Positions 30,401-40,600 of a stretch of DNA of 64,000 bases are shown one piece after another. How positions within the stretch are numbered: the first letter of the stretch is position 1; each line of letters starts with the position of its first letter. The stretch is from Candidatus Cloacimonadales bacterium (GTDB taxonomy: Bacteria > Cloacimonadota > Cloacimonadia > Cloacimonadales > JAIOQZ01): the NCBI GenBank assembly GCA_963665815.1, contig OY762463.1:1760001-1824000 (forward strand), written 5' to 3'. The notes under the pieces were generated by a model. That model searched no databases, was not told where the DNA came from, and worked only from the letters and a program-made list of their open reading frames with translations. Both the position numbers and the translations under genes were made by a program.

Positions 30401-31100
30401 AAACTTCGTAATCATTGGTAACGTACTTCGGGATATCGAATGCAAGTTCTTTATTGGTCTTGAAGTTTTTCTTTTTGTAATTGATTGTCTTGTAGCCGTC
30501 ATCCTCACCGCATATTACTTTCTTCAGTCCGGCAAGAAAACCTTTCAACTCAGGGGATTTATCTGCAACCTTAATCTTGAGATCGAAGTCTTTTATTTTT
30601 CCTGCGCGTTCCAGAGGAACAGCATACTTATAGCTTGTATCATCTCCATCAAGTGTTTCGCATATGGCAATTACCACTCTTTTGAATCCTTTGGAGGGTA
30701 CAGGATAAATCTTGGTTTTAAAGAAGTTACCTTTGGTTTTGTTTATAATACCGGGATCTATCTTACGTCTGATGACTTTCTCGAAGGTCTGTCTTGCTTT
30801 AATCTTTTCTACGATTACGCCTTCTCTGAGTTTCCCGTTAACATCCAGAGCATAACGGCAAATTTCCTGTCCCTCCGCCATGGGCATGGATAATTCACCG
30901 GTAAGTATACGGTTGTTTGGGTTGTAAAAGTTCATGTCGTAAGTAGTTGTGGCTATGTTCCCGACAACCTCAACATCAATTGTTAATGATGACAGCTCTA
31001 GAGGTTTTTCATCTTTGCTGCTTACAACAGTTAGTGATGGAACCTGAGCAAAACTTGTACATACAATTGCCAATAATAGTAATATCCAGATAGATTTCAT
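27420..31100 (-). CDS. Secreted VIT - vWA-like - carboxypeptidase-regulatory x2 - TonB-plug-like - TPR - DUF2135 (YfaP) protein
   Basis: VIT motif (NPNNRILTGEL..YALDVNGKLREGVIVEK), WDVSNSG/YDGGT/LLFSDG, RPEEPQSYRDLAL, and DIDLWVIEPSGE..DFTQGYGPEEY. Confidence 0.88.
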   Translation of the reverse strand: MKSIWILLLLAIVCTSFAQVPSLTVVSSKDEKPLELSSLTIDVEVVGNIATTTYDMNFYNPNNRILTGELSMPMAEGQEICRYALDVNGKLREGVIVEKIKARQTFEKVIRRKIDPGIINKTKGNFFKTKIYPVPSKGFKRVVIAICETLDGDDTSYKYAVPLERAGKIKDFDLKIKVADKSPELKGFLAGLKKVICGEDDGYKTINYKKKNFKTNKELAFDIPKYVTNDYEVYTSEYEGETYFYITMEPPVFKSETKSIPQMLTVYWDVSNSGDKRDIEKETAFLSAYLKTLPEGAKVEIITFSNEIHDKKVFTGKSISNHVKSYLEELKYDGGTNLMNLDFTVKADEILLFSDGINTLGKENITLGDVPAYTISSSTGSNYGYLKKLSGESGGEYLNLRKLSVDEALQRINTVSQRFLSLEEVDGNVYEVYPKSMSSYGKTFEMVGLLGSDEAELEISFGRINGEKITKNVMINKDAQAKVQRIWAVKKIQYLEQDYEENKEKLLNLAREHTIVTQNTSLLVLDRLQDYIRHGIEPPPELQTESFKRQVARISNSKKEIKKKVPFMENFRFVQKLFRWYYPKDKMGSVAGVIINQYGEAMQYVRVTVKKHGKCVNSAMTDKNGEYRIDGIIPSVYTLVFSSREIENVKIENVKIEMGKQTILNQDVELNKELTSKIVKISGTGKSGVSGVVSNRKGEPLHGAIILVYLGNSLVANAMTNEVGKYYVTGLEEGIYTIKFKRMGYREAEINDVKIKDNESIELNAELGFATIKTSAITVTDRKPKLLSSKSGSSRRETSSEPARSFEQQGIRRIKAQEIVIDDIGEEANEDDLEMVETIESSSISQFMENSPGTVTVGGVSHARGGRANETTIMIDGGASLSVDDDAVRSSSETFNSPEGYGNTQSGVMNIVERGRSGSKKSKGGDKSGINVAGWSSNTEYIKRMRKADIEEFWELYYRQKKEDFNNPYFYFNSAKALVEKQRLEEAYRVFTNMVEIDLENPVLMRILAKKLVEIGKYDPAIILFEEVKKLRPEEPQSYRDLALAYQAAGKLQMALDTFNHIMNNRWERFSDTKPIIINEMNSLISGHRDQLDLSDINTDLIHPFEYDVRIVLDWSSNDNDIDLWVIEPSGEKCYYQNKNTKSGGKLSKDFTQGYGPEEYTIRKAEKGTYRIKAKYYSESRQELTGSVIVYASIYTNYGKSDQKVKRIEVKLKKNKDIMFVGEIEI

Positions 31101-31235
31101 TTCTTCCTCCCTTCAGATCTGAATCTGAGAATATTGTCTGATCCTTTTCAAGTCAAGAAAATGCATTGAGTTAGTTCAAAACCTGGGTGTTTATGATTCG
31201 TTTAACCAATCGGGAAGTCTTCCAAAAATATATTA

Positions 31236-31253
31236 TGCATAAACTATTCCAAA
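31236..31253 (-). promoter_or_regulatory. Putative sigma54 (-24/-12) promoter of VIT paralogue 1
   Basis: TTGGAATAGTTTATGCA, i.e. GG-N10-GC; conserved upstream of the paralogue. Confidence 0.5.
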
Positions 31254-31296
31254 GTTGAAAAAAATTCGATTCAATAGTTAGTATAATAAGCACAAA

Positions 31297-31323
31297 AAAC
31301 AGGATTTAATAAAAATCCTGTTT
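31297..31323 (-). terminator. Intrinsic terminator
   Basis: AAACAGGATTT-loop-AAATCCTGTTT with a U-tract on the minus strand. Confidence 0.7.
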
Positions 31324-31349
31324 CAATATTTATTGTTCTTACTTTAAAA

Positions 31350-32846
31350 TTAAAGTCTTATGCCTGCAGTCGACACGCCATCTGTACTTGTATGGAGTGG
31401 TTCCCACAAAACGTCCGCAGAAAATTGCCAAAACAAAGATCCAACTTCAAGATCATTTTTATCAACTATTCTTTCACTTATATAGTCAACGTCTGATGTA
31501 AAGAAACAGTTTCTTGTAAAATCTAAAGAACCATTATTGGGACGAAAATGAGATCCCTGAGCATACAAAAATATGTATTGAGTAATAAAGTCATTCTTAT
31601 GAAAATCTCCATCTGAAGCACCATCTCCATAATGATATCCTTTAAAACAGACAGAATAACTATTTCCATTAAATATATTGTATTCAGCTTCTATATCTGA
31701 ACCGGATCTGATAAAAATTGCTGTGCCTTTTTCAAAGTCACGTTCTTCAAATGGTATCAGAGTTGCGTATACTTCACAATGTCTGACTTCACCAATCACA
31801 TGGTGCAGTTTCATACCTATATACTGAATTTTATCAATGTAATTATTTTCAAAGAGTACTGCTTCGCTATCTTTTATATCAAAACCAACATTCCAGTTAT
31901 AAATAATATTCTTCTCAATTGTCAAATTTTGATTATTTTGAGCATAAATTGCAGTACTTCTTCTTACGTCAATACTTAGAAAAGTACAATTCCTTACGAT
32001 AGAATTATTGGATTCTTGTACACATAGCGCAGTATTGCAATTCAGAAATGATAAGTTTTCCACAACGAAACCAGCTGCCTGTTTACTGAAAACTTTGAAT
32101 CCTAAAGAAGAATTAGATATAATGCCATTAGCTATAGGTCCTGTTACAGTGGCAAGTGAATCAATTACGAATTCACCAAAATCATTTACTTCATCAAACA
32201 AAGTAGATGCTGTACTTAACATTCTGAAAGGATTACTCTTCGTTCCAAGACAACTAAACTCACCTTTTATCCTAACATTACTTCCACTTTTAATCTGAAG
32301 CATTGCTCCTTCTTCAATAGAAAATTTAGTATTCGAGTCCATTGAAAATCCATAAACTGAAGTATAAAATCTATTTGCTTCAAGAGTAACATCCTCAGTA
32401 ATTAAACCATATAAGTCAACAACTTCATGCATCACAATATCATCAAGAGTCTTTTCAGAATAAAGATCATAATCAATAAAATATCTAAAACCATAACCAT
32501 CATGCTCAAAAACAATATTATATGTATCTTTAGGAACATCACTAAGACTGAAAGATCCATCTTCTGATGTAACAGTCTGATAGGCTGGGTCTAAAAATCT
32601 GTGATCAAAAAAACTTTCTTCAGTCAATCCAGTACCTATGCCAGAGTTATTACTGACAATACTCTCATATTTTGAATCAAGACTTACCCTTGGGAAGAGC
32701 ATTACCTTAACTCCGGCTCTGCTAACCACTGTGTCCGTATTGGGTATCAAATAGACACTGCCTGAGAAATTTGTTTTATTAGATTCATCAGGTCCACAAG
32801 CTATAAGGATTATACTAATTAATATAAATAGAATATATTTCTTCAT
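31350..32846 (-). CDS. Lipoprotein with carboxypeptidase-regulatory-like domain and right-handed beta-helix
   Basis: Lipobox LIAC; TSEDGSFSLSDVPKDTYNIVFEHDGY; PbH1-like repeats (IVRNCTF, IEKNII, FENNYI). Confidence 0.75.
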   Translation of the reverse strand: MKKYILFILISIILIACGPDESNKTNFSGSVYLIPNTDTVVSRAGVKVMLFPRVSLDSKYESIVSNNSGIGTGLTEESFFDHRFLDPAYQTVTSEDGSFSLSDVPKDTYNIVFEHDGYGFRYFIDYDLYSEKTLDDIVMHEVVDLYGLITEDVTLEANRFYTSVYGFSMDSNTKFSIEEGAMLQIKSGSNVRIKGEFSCLGTKSNPFRMLSTASTLFDEVNDFGEFVIDSLATVTGPIANGIISNSSLGFKVFSKQAAGFVVENLSFLNCNTALCVQESNNSIVRNCTFLSIDVRRSTAIYAQNNQNLTIEKNIIYNWNVGFDIKDSEAVLFENNYIDKIQYIGMKLHHVIGEVRHCEVYATLIPFEERDFEKGTAIFIRSGSDIEAEYNIFNGNSYSVCFKGYHYGDGASDGDFHKNDFITQYIFLYAQGSHFRPNNGSLDFTRNCFFTSDVDYISERIVDKNDLEVGSLFWQFSADVLWEPLHTSTDGVSTAGIRL

Positions 32847-32926
32847 TTTATCTCCAGAATTTAATATGACTAATTATGAAATTAACCTACAAATATCGTC
32901 AACAGAAAAATATTGTTATTCCGATA

Positions 32927-34081
32927 TTATAAACCTTTAATTCTTTTTATCTCATTTTTCATGATTTTGAAAAAGTCACCTACCCATTCAGGTTTATGAG
33001 AATATTCTTTATTGCTGAGGAAACTTGCATCCGAGTCCGGATGATCAGGAGAAAAACCATGCATTCCCGGCAAAGCTTTAAGCCCCATATCTGAGGGCGC
33101 AATCTGTACCCCGGGGTTAGTCAGGAAGTACAGTTCTCCATACATGTTATCCTCAAAATATACACCATAGTCCTTCTTTTCCTGCCTGGTCAGGATTTTA
33201 CCTTCAGTGATTTTAGAAAGCTTTCTGGTAATCATATTCTCAGCAATACTATTGAAAAACCAGAATCTGGCAATCGTTGAATCATATACTGCTACATAAT
33301 CTGTTCCGAATTTGAGAGGAAGGCTATCAATAGTTTTCTTCAAGTCAAGTGTTTCGGTAAGAGTTGTCATTCCATGATCAGAAATTACATGAAAAACAAC
33401 TTTATGGTAATTTTCATTCGCAATTTTCAAGATTTCTTCAATATGGTTCCGATACCAGTCCAGCTTCTCTTTGACTTCAGAACCATCCTTAGTAACCATA
33501 TGCTGAAGTCCATCAAGAGCAGCAGTATAAAGAAATGCAAAATTAATTCCACTATCCCTTAGTGCTTGTTTCATTTGTTCTATATTCTCAGATTCTGAAA
33601 GTCTCCAGTTTGAGATATGATAGTTCATTCCATTTTCTTCAAGTACATCTGCCAGATTAGGAACAGGTGCAAGCCCACCTGGAACAAACAAGTCTTTTTT
33701 TTCTATATAATCAAAGTAATGAATCCTATCGAATGGCATAGAATACATTTCAAAGTATCCGGTAAACTTGTTTATTCTGGCGACAATTTTTGACAAAAGA
33801 TGCCTTATTCTCCATCTATCAAGAAATTGCGGCATAAGCTTCATAGGTAAGTATCTTAAAAAGCTGAAAGGACTATCCTTGGGATTGTAATAATAGAAAC
33901 TCAGGTGTTTGTGGGTAACCGGTCTTTCCCCTGTCAATATTGTTGGAATAGCTGTACAAGAATATCCGAACTGCATTTTAACAGAGTTCTGATGAGGGAG
34001 GATATCCTTCAGGAAGTTGTGCTTTTTAACAGTTTCCCAACCAAGTGCGTCTATGAACATGAAAATTGAGACTTCTTTCAT
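32927..34081 (-). CDS. Alkaline phosphatase superfamily protein (nucleotide pyrophosphatase/phosphodiesterase type)
   Basis: FIDALG, YSCTAIPTILTG, LDGLQH, ISDHGM and GMHGF metal-binding motifs; start after a GGAG RBS. Confidence 0.85.
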   Translation of the reverse strand: MKEVSIFMFIDALGWETVKKHNFLKDILPHQNSVKMQFGYSCTAIPTILTGERPVTHKHLSFYYYNPKDSPFSFLRYLPMKLMPQFLDRWRIRHLLSKIVARINKFTGYFEMYSMPFDRIHYFDYIEKKDLFVPGGLAPVPNLADVLEENGMNYHISNWRLSESENIEQMKQALRDSGINFAFLYTAALDGLQHMVTKDGSEVKEKLDWYRNHIEEILKIANENYHKVVFHVISDHGMTTLTETLDLKKTIDSLPLKFGTDYVAVYDSTIARFWFFNSIAENMITRKLSKITEGKILTRQEKKDYGVYFEDNMYGELYFLTNPGVQIAPSDMGLKALPGMHGFSPDHPDSDASFLSNKEYSHKPEWVGDFFKIMKNEIKRIKGL

Positions 34082-34157
34082 ATGTGACTTCTCCATGCTT
34101 TTCAACCTTCAAGCTCGGATCACGCATTTAATCCTGCATAAAGGAATATAAATTAAA

Positions 34158-34179
34158 AGGGTAGCATTTCTGCTACCCT
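34158..34179 (-). terminator. Intrinsic terminator
   Basis: AGGGTAGCA-TTTC-TGCTACCCT with a U-run on the minus strand. Confidence 0.7.
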
Positions 34180-34201
34180 GTATATTGATTATTGTTAGAT
34201 A

Positions 34202-36202
34202 TTAAGGTAAGATATCCGGAGTATAAAGAAGTGTAGGATCTACATTTCCTTCATGAGGTAAATACCAGTCCGGATGGTTTGCACCATTACTTTCAGCCCA
34301 ATCTTTAAAGTAGATATAAGCACCGGTAATAGATGCTCTTTCTTCAGGATAATTCCACCAGATACCTACGAGATCAAGAGCCCAAGGCAGGTTAGTTGCT
34401 GTCTTGTAGTATCTTCCCTGCGCAAGATCTGAATCATCATGTTTTGTTCTGAATAATGAATCGGCAACCATAGTTGTTGGAGGCATATCTGCAAAGTGAA
34501 CTTCTATTTCTTCCTGAAGTAATTCAGGATAATTCAAACTCTCAACGAAAATGAATGGATTGTAAGGTACACCATATTCGAACAATGATGACTCTACAGG
34601 ATTATCAAACTGGATTGCAAACTTAACTTGCTTTCCTGCAGGATCAAGATATGGTTCGTCGTTTTCTGTATTAAACATACCATTGGTATTGAATACTTCG
34701 TGTGTACTATCGAACACTTTTACAACGTACTTTTGAAGTCCTGAAATTGGAGAAGGACTACCAGTCATAGCAGTAAAGGTCAAACCTGAACCGTCAAATG
34801 GGAATTCAACTGCAAAACCATCTTTATAGCTTGCGCCTGAAGCCTGAAGATGATATTCAGGAATGATTGCAAGAAGTTGAGAGCTGGCATTTGAGATTTG
34901 CTTGATGTCATAATAAATAACAACGTCATTAAAGTCATAGTCACCTTTTGATGGCCATAAATCTTCAAACACATGAGTTCCGAAGTATGATGTAATATAT
35001 GCTCTTGTTCCATCATCCGGGAAGTCATCAAGAACATCAGGAACATTGTCACCATCGGTGTCATCATTTTCATCTTCAGGATTGAAGATTGCATATTCAT
35101 CTGATGATGGAGGTACAGCTTTAACCTGGAACAATACATCGTTGAAATCCTGATCCCCACCAGGTCTCAAAATATCTTCAAAACCAAGTATAAGAGATTG
35201 AGAATCCTCATCCCAGAGAAGTACATTGTGGCGTTGATAGTCCACAACTGATTGTGGATTCCAGAAAGGATTAGTATAAATCAACTGAGCTGTCTCATCA
35301 ACAGGGTTAGTCTGATTGGCTGTCCAGCCGTCCTGAGCTATAAAGAACCCCACTGTTTGACCGGAATCGAATTGACCAATATAGAGACTATCACCAGGTA
35401 TAAGATCTCCACCGCTTCCAGGTCTGGAAACGTTAGGGAAGATGATTGTTTTTGCAAGGTTAGTTGGTACTGTAGGGGCACTGCCTGTCGGATATGTATA
35501 GTATCCGAGTGCATTCTGATATCCAGCACCTTCGTATACGAATTTGACCCAGACAACAGTATTATCTTCATTGATAACAACTTCTGATTCCATAGCTGTA
35601 TCAATATAACGATCTCTGACTCTTCTTCCTTCAGGAAGTTTACTGTTTATTGTTCTGATAAGTTCAGAAGAAACACTTCCACGTTGTATGTCAGAAGGAA
35701 CACCTTGTTCACTCATTGTACTATCGACCCAGGCAAATGCAGTCTGTCCAACAGTAAAATCTGAACGAGATCCCATTGTTAATCTGTTATAGCTACCACC
35801 GAATGTACAATTAATTGCGTTACCGGTAATATCTATAACCTTTGTTTCCATGAAACCACGAACTGAAGCTCGTGATACATAAGATGGAAGATAGACTTTG
35901 CCGGTTATCTGACCGGAGTCATCTGTCATTCCTTTAAATATAATCATTTCACCAGTTGAACCATCACTACTGACAGAATCAGCAATAATTTCAAGATAAA
36001 TGTTTTCTAAAGCATTGTTAGAGAAATCCATTACTTGAAGATTCACAGCAACTTCTCTTTTTGTACTGTAATCAAAGTTTGGATCGACCTGTAAATCTTC
36101 GATATTAACCTCTGGTGTTCCATCACTATTGCTTGTGGAAGAATCACAAGCAGTAAACAACACTGTAAGAGCTATTAATGCGACGATTAAATAATATCTC
36201 AT
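34202..36202 (-). CDS. LruC-domain lipoprotein (DUF4114 plus LruC/DUF4842)
   Basis: Lipobox FTAC; EGAGYQNALGYY, GFEDILRPGGDQDFND, FEDLWPSKGDYDFNDVV, LPWAL and AY..FKDWAES motifs; ATG 36202 after GGAGG. Confidence 0.88.
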   Translation of the reverse strand: MRYYLIVALIALTVLFTACDSSTSNSDGTPEVNIEDLQVDPNFDYSTKREVAVNLQVMDFSNNALENIYLEIIADSVSSDGSTGEMIIFKGMTDDSGQITGKVYLPSYVSRASVRGFMETKVIDITGNAINCTFGGSYNRLTMGSRSDFTVGQTAFAWVDSTMSEQGVPSDIQRGSVSSELIRTINSKLPEGRRVRDRYIDTAMESEVVINEDNTVVWVKFVYEGAGYQNALGYYTYPTGSAPTVPTNLAKTIIFPNVSRPGSGGDLIPGDSLYIGQFDSGQTVGFFIAQDGWTANQTNPVDETAQLIYTNPFWNPQSVVDYQRHNVLLWDEDSQSLILGFEDILRPGGDQDFNDVLFQVKAVPPSSDEYAIFNPEDENDDTDGDNVPDVLDDFPDDGTRAYITSYFGTHVFEDLWPSKGDYDFNDVVIYYDIKQISNASSQLLAIIPEYHLQASGASYKDGFAVEFPFDGSGLTFTAMTGSPSPISGLQKYVVKVFDSTHEVFNTNGMFNTENDEPYLDPAGKQVKFAIQFDNPVESSLFEYGVPYNPFIFVESLNYPELLQEEIEVHFADMPPTTMVADSLFRTKHDDSDLAQGRYYKTATNLPWALDLVGIWWNYPEERASITGAYIYFKDWAESNGANHPDWYLPHEGNVDPTLLYTPDILP

Positions 36203-36695
36203 ATAACCTCCATGAGTTCTTACTATATTTATTAAAATTTCGTTTAATTTCAGTAAACACAACTTTACTTATACCATAATATATGAAGTCATACAATATT
36301 GTCAACTTTTCTGTGTGTTTATTCATTGGGCATTATCTTCACATTGCCAATTCAAGTATAAATGCCGGCTTAAGATTATATCCCGATACAATTTATATCA
36401 TTCGAAAAAAGTTCAACTCGCTTAGTTTCAATTCACTACTACTAAGTCAATTGTATTTCATAACAAAATCTTTTCCAATGTTTAATTAAGAGTTTAAGGT
36501 ATGTTCAAACATATAGGCATACTCTTGTATTGACAATGAATAAATTTATTTTTTTTAATACACCGCCTACTCTTTCCGGAATACCCCTTCCAGTATGGTT
36601 TTTCTTGACTTCAATATCTGACCGACAATATTAATGAACTTTTCCAAATCAGTCTCATCTCTCGCAGTTAAATTAAGAAATGGAGAATAAATACA

Positions 36696-37469
36696 TTGAG
36701 CACAACAAAAATCATGAGCTTCAACATTCGCTATGAAAATCATTATGATGTCAATAATTCATGGTCAGACAGAAAAGATTCCGTTATAAACCTGATCCTC
36801 AACCACAAACCCGACATACTTGGAATACAGGAAGCTCTTCCTAATCCATACGATTACATTAAATCTAATTTAACCCAATACAATAGTATCGGTGTAGGAA
36901 GAGAAGATGGCATCAATCAAGGTGAAAGAGCTGCTGTCTTTTTTTGCAAAAACAGATATACACTTCTGGATTCAAATAACATTTGGCTTTCTGAATCCAG
37001 TAAAATACCCTCAGTAGGCTGGGATGCCTGCACACAACGCATAGCAACTTACACCAAACTGCAAGATGAAACTGATAACAGCATTATAAATGTTTTCAAT
37101 ACCCATTTTGATCATGTAGGGAAAAAAGCCAGAATCGAATCAGCTCATTTAATAATCAACTACATTAAAGAAAAACAGATTGAGAACGAAAGAATTATAT
37201 TTATGGGAGATCTGAATTCATTTCCTGATTCTATAACAATAAACATTCTCAACAGCTTTTTCGATGATAGCAGTTCGATCAGCAGAATAAAACCGGAATG
37301 CGCCGGACCAACATATAATGATTTCTCGGAGTTACCGGAAAAACAAACACGTATTGATTATATCTTTACTCGAAATCTGGGTGTTGAGTCTTACAAAGTT
37401 ATAAAAACGAGAAGGGATAATAATAAATTCATCTCCGATCATTATCCGATAACCATTTCAGTTGAGTGA
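36696..37469 (+). CDS. Endonuclease/exonuclease/phosphatase (EEP) family protein
   Basis: SFNIRY, GIQE, NTHFDH, MGDLNS, RIDYIF and SDHYP motifs. Confidence 0.92.
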   Translation: MSTTKIMSFNIRYENHYDVNNSWSDRKDSVINLILNHKPDILGIQEALPNPYDYIKSNLTQYNSIGVGREDGINQGERAAVFFCKNRYTLLDSNNIWLSESSKIPSVGWDACTQRIATYTKLQDETDNSIINVFNTHFDHVGKKARIESAHLIINYIKEKQIENERIIFMGDLNSFPDSITINILNSFFDDSSSISRIKPECAGPTYNDFSELPEKQTRIDYIFTRNLGVESYKVIKTRRDNNKFISDHYPITISVE

Positions 37470-37501
37470 ATTGATTAATAATATAAGAAAATATTTTAAA
37501 C

Positions 37502-37519
37502 TTTGGAATAAATTATGCA
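37502..37519 (+). promoter_or_regulatory. Putative sigma54 (-24/-12) promoter of VIT paralogue 2
   Basis: TTGGAATAAATTATGCA, i.e. GG(37505-37506)-N10-GC(37517-37518). Confidence 0.5.
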
Positions 37520-37699
37520 TTGATATTTTCAGGAAGACTTCAATTGGTTGAACGAATCTATAGATATTCACGGATTTAATCCGAACAATGCAATTTCTTG
37601 ACTATAACGGATCAATATTCTTAAAAGAGCTTTGCACAATTAAACGAGTTAAAGGGCTTCAATTGCGCAAAGATATTTCAGTTCTGAAGGGAGGAAGAA

Positions 37700-40600
37700 A
37701 TGAAAAAATTATTGACACTACTATTATTTGTAATCGTGTGCACAGGATTTGCTCAGGTGCCGTCTCTCGATATTGTCAGCCGCAGATCGTTTAAACCTGT
37801 TGAATTAAGAGAGTTGAATGTTGAGGTAGAAGTGGTCGGCAACATTGCAACAACAACCTATGACATGACATTCTATAACCCCAACCACAGCGAACTGGCT
37901 GGCATATTCTCCATGCCTCTTACAGAAGGACAGGAAATCTGCCGATATGCAATGGAGACCAGAGGTGAGTTACGCGAAGGTGTTGTTGTAGAAAAGGTCA
38001 AAGCCAGACAAACCTACGAAGCAGAAGTAAAACGCGGCAAAAATCCGGGGATCGTCAGCAAAACCAAAGGAAATTTCTTTAAGACAAAGGTCTACCCCAT
38101 CCCCAAGAAAGAAACTAAAAGAATAGTATTTGCCATTAGCCAGACACTGGATGGAGATGCAGACAACTATTTCTATTCATTACCTCTGGAGAATGGGCAG
38201 AGAATTAAGAAATTTGATCTTTCGATAAGAGTTGCGAACAGTGATGTAGTTCTGAAAGGCTTTCTTAATACACTTAAAAAGCTTGTTTACAGTAATGAAA
38301 AAGGCTATAGAGTTATCAAATACAGTGATAAGAAGTTCAAAGCCGACAAAACTCTGGAATTTGAGATTCCAAAATACAAAGACAATGATTATGCAGTATA
38401 TACAGGTGAATACGAAGGAGAAACCTACTTTTATGTTACAATGAAAGCTCCTGAACTTCAGGATACAAGAAAAAAGGCACCTTCAAGCGTTGCTGTCTTC
38501 TGGGATGTATCAAACTCAGGCTACAGAAGAAACCTGAGTGAAGAGCTTACTTTCCTGAGAGAATACCTGAAAATGCTTCCCGGTTCCACCAGAATAAGTG
38601 TTTCAGGGTTCAGTAATGACATCAACTATTACAAAGAGTTCAATGATTCGAAATCCGGACAGGAAATACTCGATTATATCAAAACATTCAGTTATGATGG
38701 GGGAACCAACCTCAACAATCTTGATCTGCCTGATGACTATGATGAAATCATCCTGTTCTCGGATGGCATCAACACAATCGGAGAAGAAAGTGCTCTTGAA
38801 AGTAGCAGACCTGTTTATACAGTTTCTTCTGCAGCAGGTAGCAACTATACATTCCTGCATAAAACAGCTGAAGCTTCTGACGGGGAATTCCTTAATCTCA
38901 GCAGATTCGGCATAGTATACTGTCTCAAAAAGATTACAACAGTCAGAAGAAAAAGCCTGTCATATAAAATCAAAAGCGGTGATGTATACTCAATATATCC
39001 AAAAATAAAAACAACTATTGATAAACACTTTGAATTCAGCGGAATTATTAGTTCTGACGAAGCAGAGATTGAAGTTGATTTCGGATCATCCAACGGAGAA
39101 AAAGTAACTCGATCAATCAAAATTAAAACGGAAAATAATGTACCTGTTCACAGAATCTGGGCAACAAAAAAAATGCACTTTCTGGAAAGAGATTATGATA
39201 CAAACAAAGATGAAATACTGAATCTCGGGCGAGAACATACAATCGTTACCCGAAATACATCATTGATAGTATTGAAAAGCATCTACGACTACAAGAAGCA
39301 TGGAATCCTTCCTCCTCCCGATATGCTGACATCCTACAATAAATATAGTTACGAAACAAAGGAGAAAACCACTGAGTCTAAAGCTCATTTACAAAAAAGA
39401 AACCTGCAATTATTGGAGAGACTTCTTAACTGGTATATTGATATTAATGATACTTCGAATAACCTTACAGATATTGATAATTTTCAAAATGACAATAATA
39501 AGACATATAAAGAGTACACAAATTCAAGATATCCTGGTGGACATGGATCATTATCAGGGGTGATTAAGGACAAAGATAAAGCAAATCTACAAGGAGTGTT
39601 TGTTCTCGTTAGAGATAATGGTGAACTAATTGGTCATACTCTGACAGATGAAAAGGGAGAGTATTGCGTTGATAACCTTCCAACTGGTCCATGCTCAGTA
39701 GAAATTAAAAAAATAGGTTACCAAAGCCTTATTTTTGACAATATCGCAATAACAGGCTCTAATGATATTTTAGATGCTAACCTTTCTATTCAAACCCTCA
39801 AATCGAATGTAATATGTATTAAAGGCAGTAGTTCCCCAAAAGGCAGTAGTTCCCCAGGATATAATGCTTCCGAAGATATTAAAAGTATAAACGACCTTAT
39901 AAGTCAGTCTCCCGGCACAATCACAGTAAGTGGTAAATCCCATGCACGTGGTGGAAGAGGCACTGAAACAAAGATTATGATAGATGGTATGCAGGCGAGT
40001 GATAATGTTGACGGAGGAGCAGCATTAGGTGTTTTTCCGAGTGGATCATATAAAAATCCATATGGTTATCAAACTTACGACGCATCCGATGACTCAGATA
40101 ATATCGACAAAGCACTAAATGCACAATCATTTGCAATGAATATAATAACAAGTAAAGATAATGAACATGAGGCATTCCTGATTGACATTGAAAATCTGGA
40201 GAAAGTTGATTTCAGTTCTGATAACCTCTATATTACCAAAGATAATGATGAACTGCTGAAGAACATGAAATACGATTATCAGAGAGAACGATATTTGAGT
40301 TCTCGAGCTGCTGGGTTGAAACTTATATCTTGGAATCAGGACAGTGTGTACACCCAACGATTACTTGCGGCAGAGCCTGATTCTCTCGGGAGAATCTATT
40401 TTAACTTCAAGAAAAATAATATGAACAATCCATTCTTTTACTATAACTCTTCCATGGTATTCGAACAGAGAGGATTGCCTGATGCTGCAAGAAGAATTCT
40501 TACCAATATGGTGGAAATTGATCTGGAAAATGCTGAATTGATCAGATTAGTCGCGAGACAGCTTCTAAGCATTAAAGATTACGATGGAGCTCTGGCTCTG

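Noticed and set aside
31097-37704. Site-specific invertible element (shufflon or phase switch)
   Set aside because: The flanking homology is imperfect and gapped, and no recombinase is encoded in the window. It is kept only as a regulatory-leader observation.
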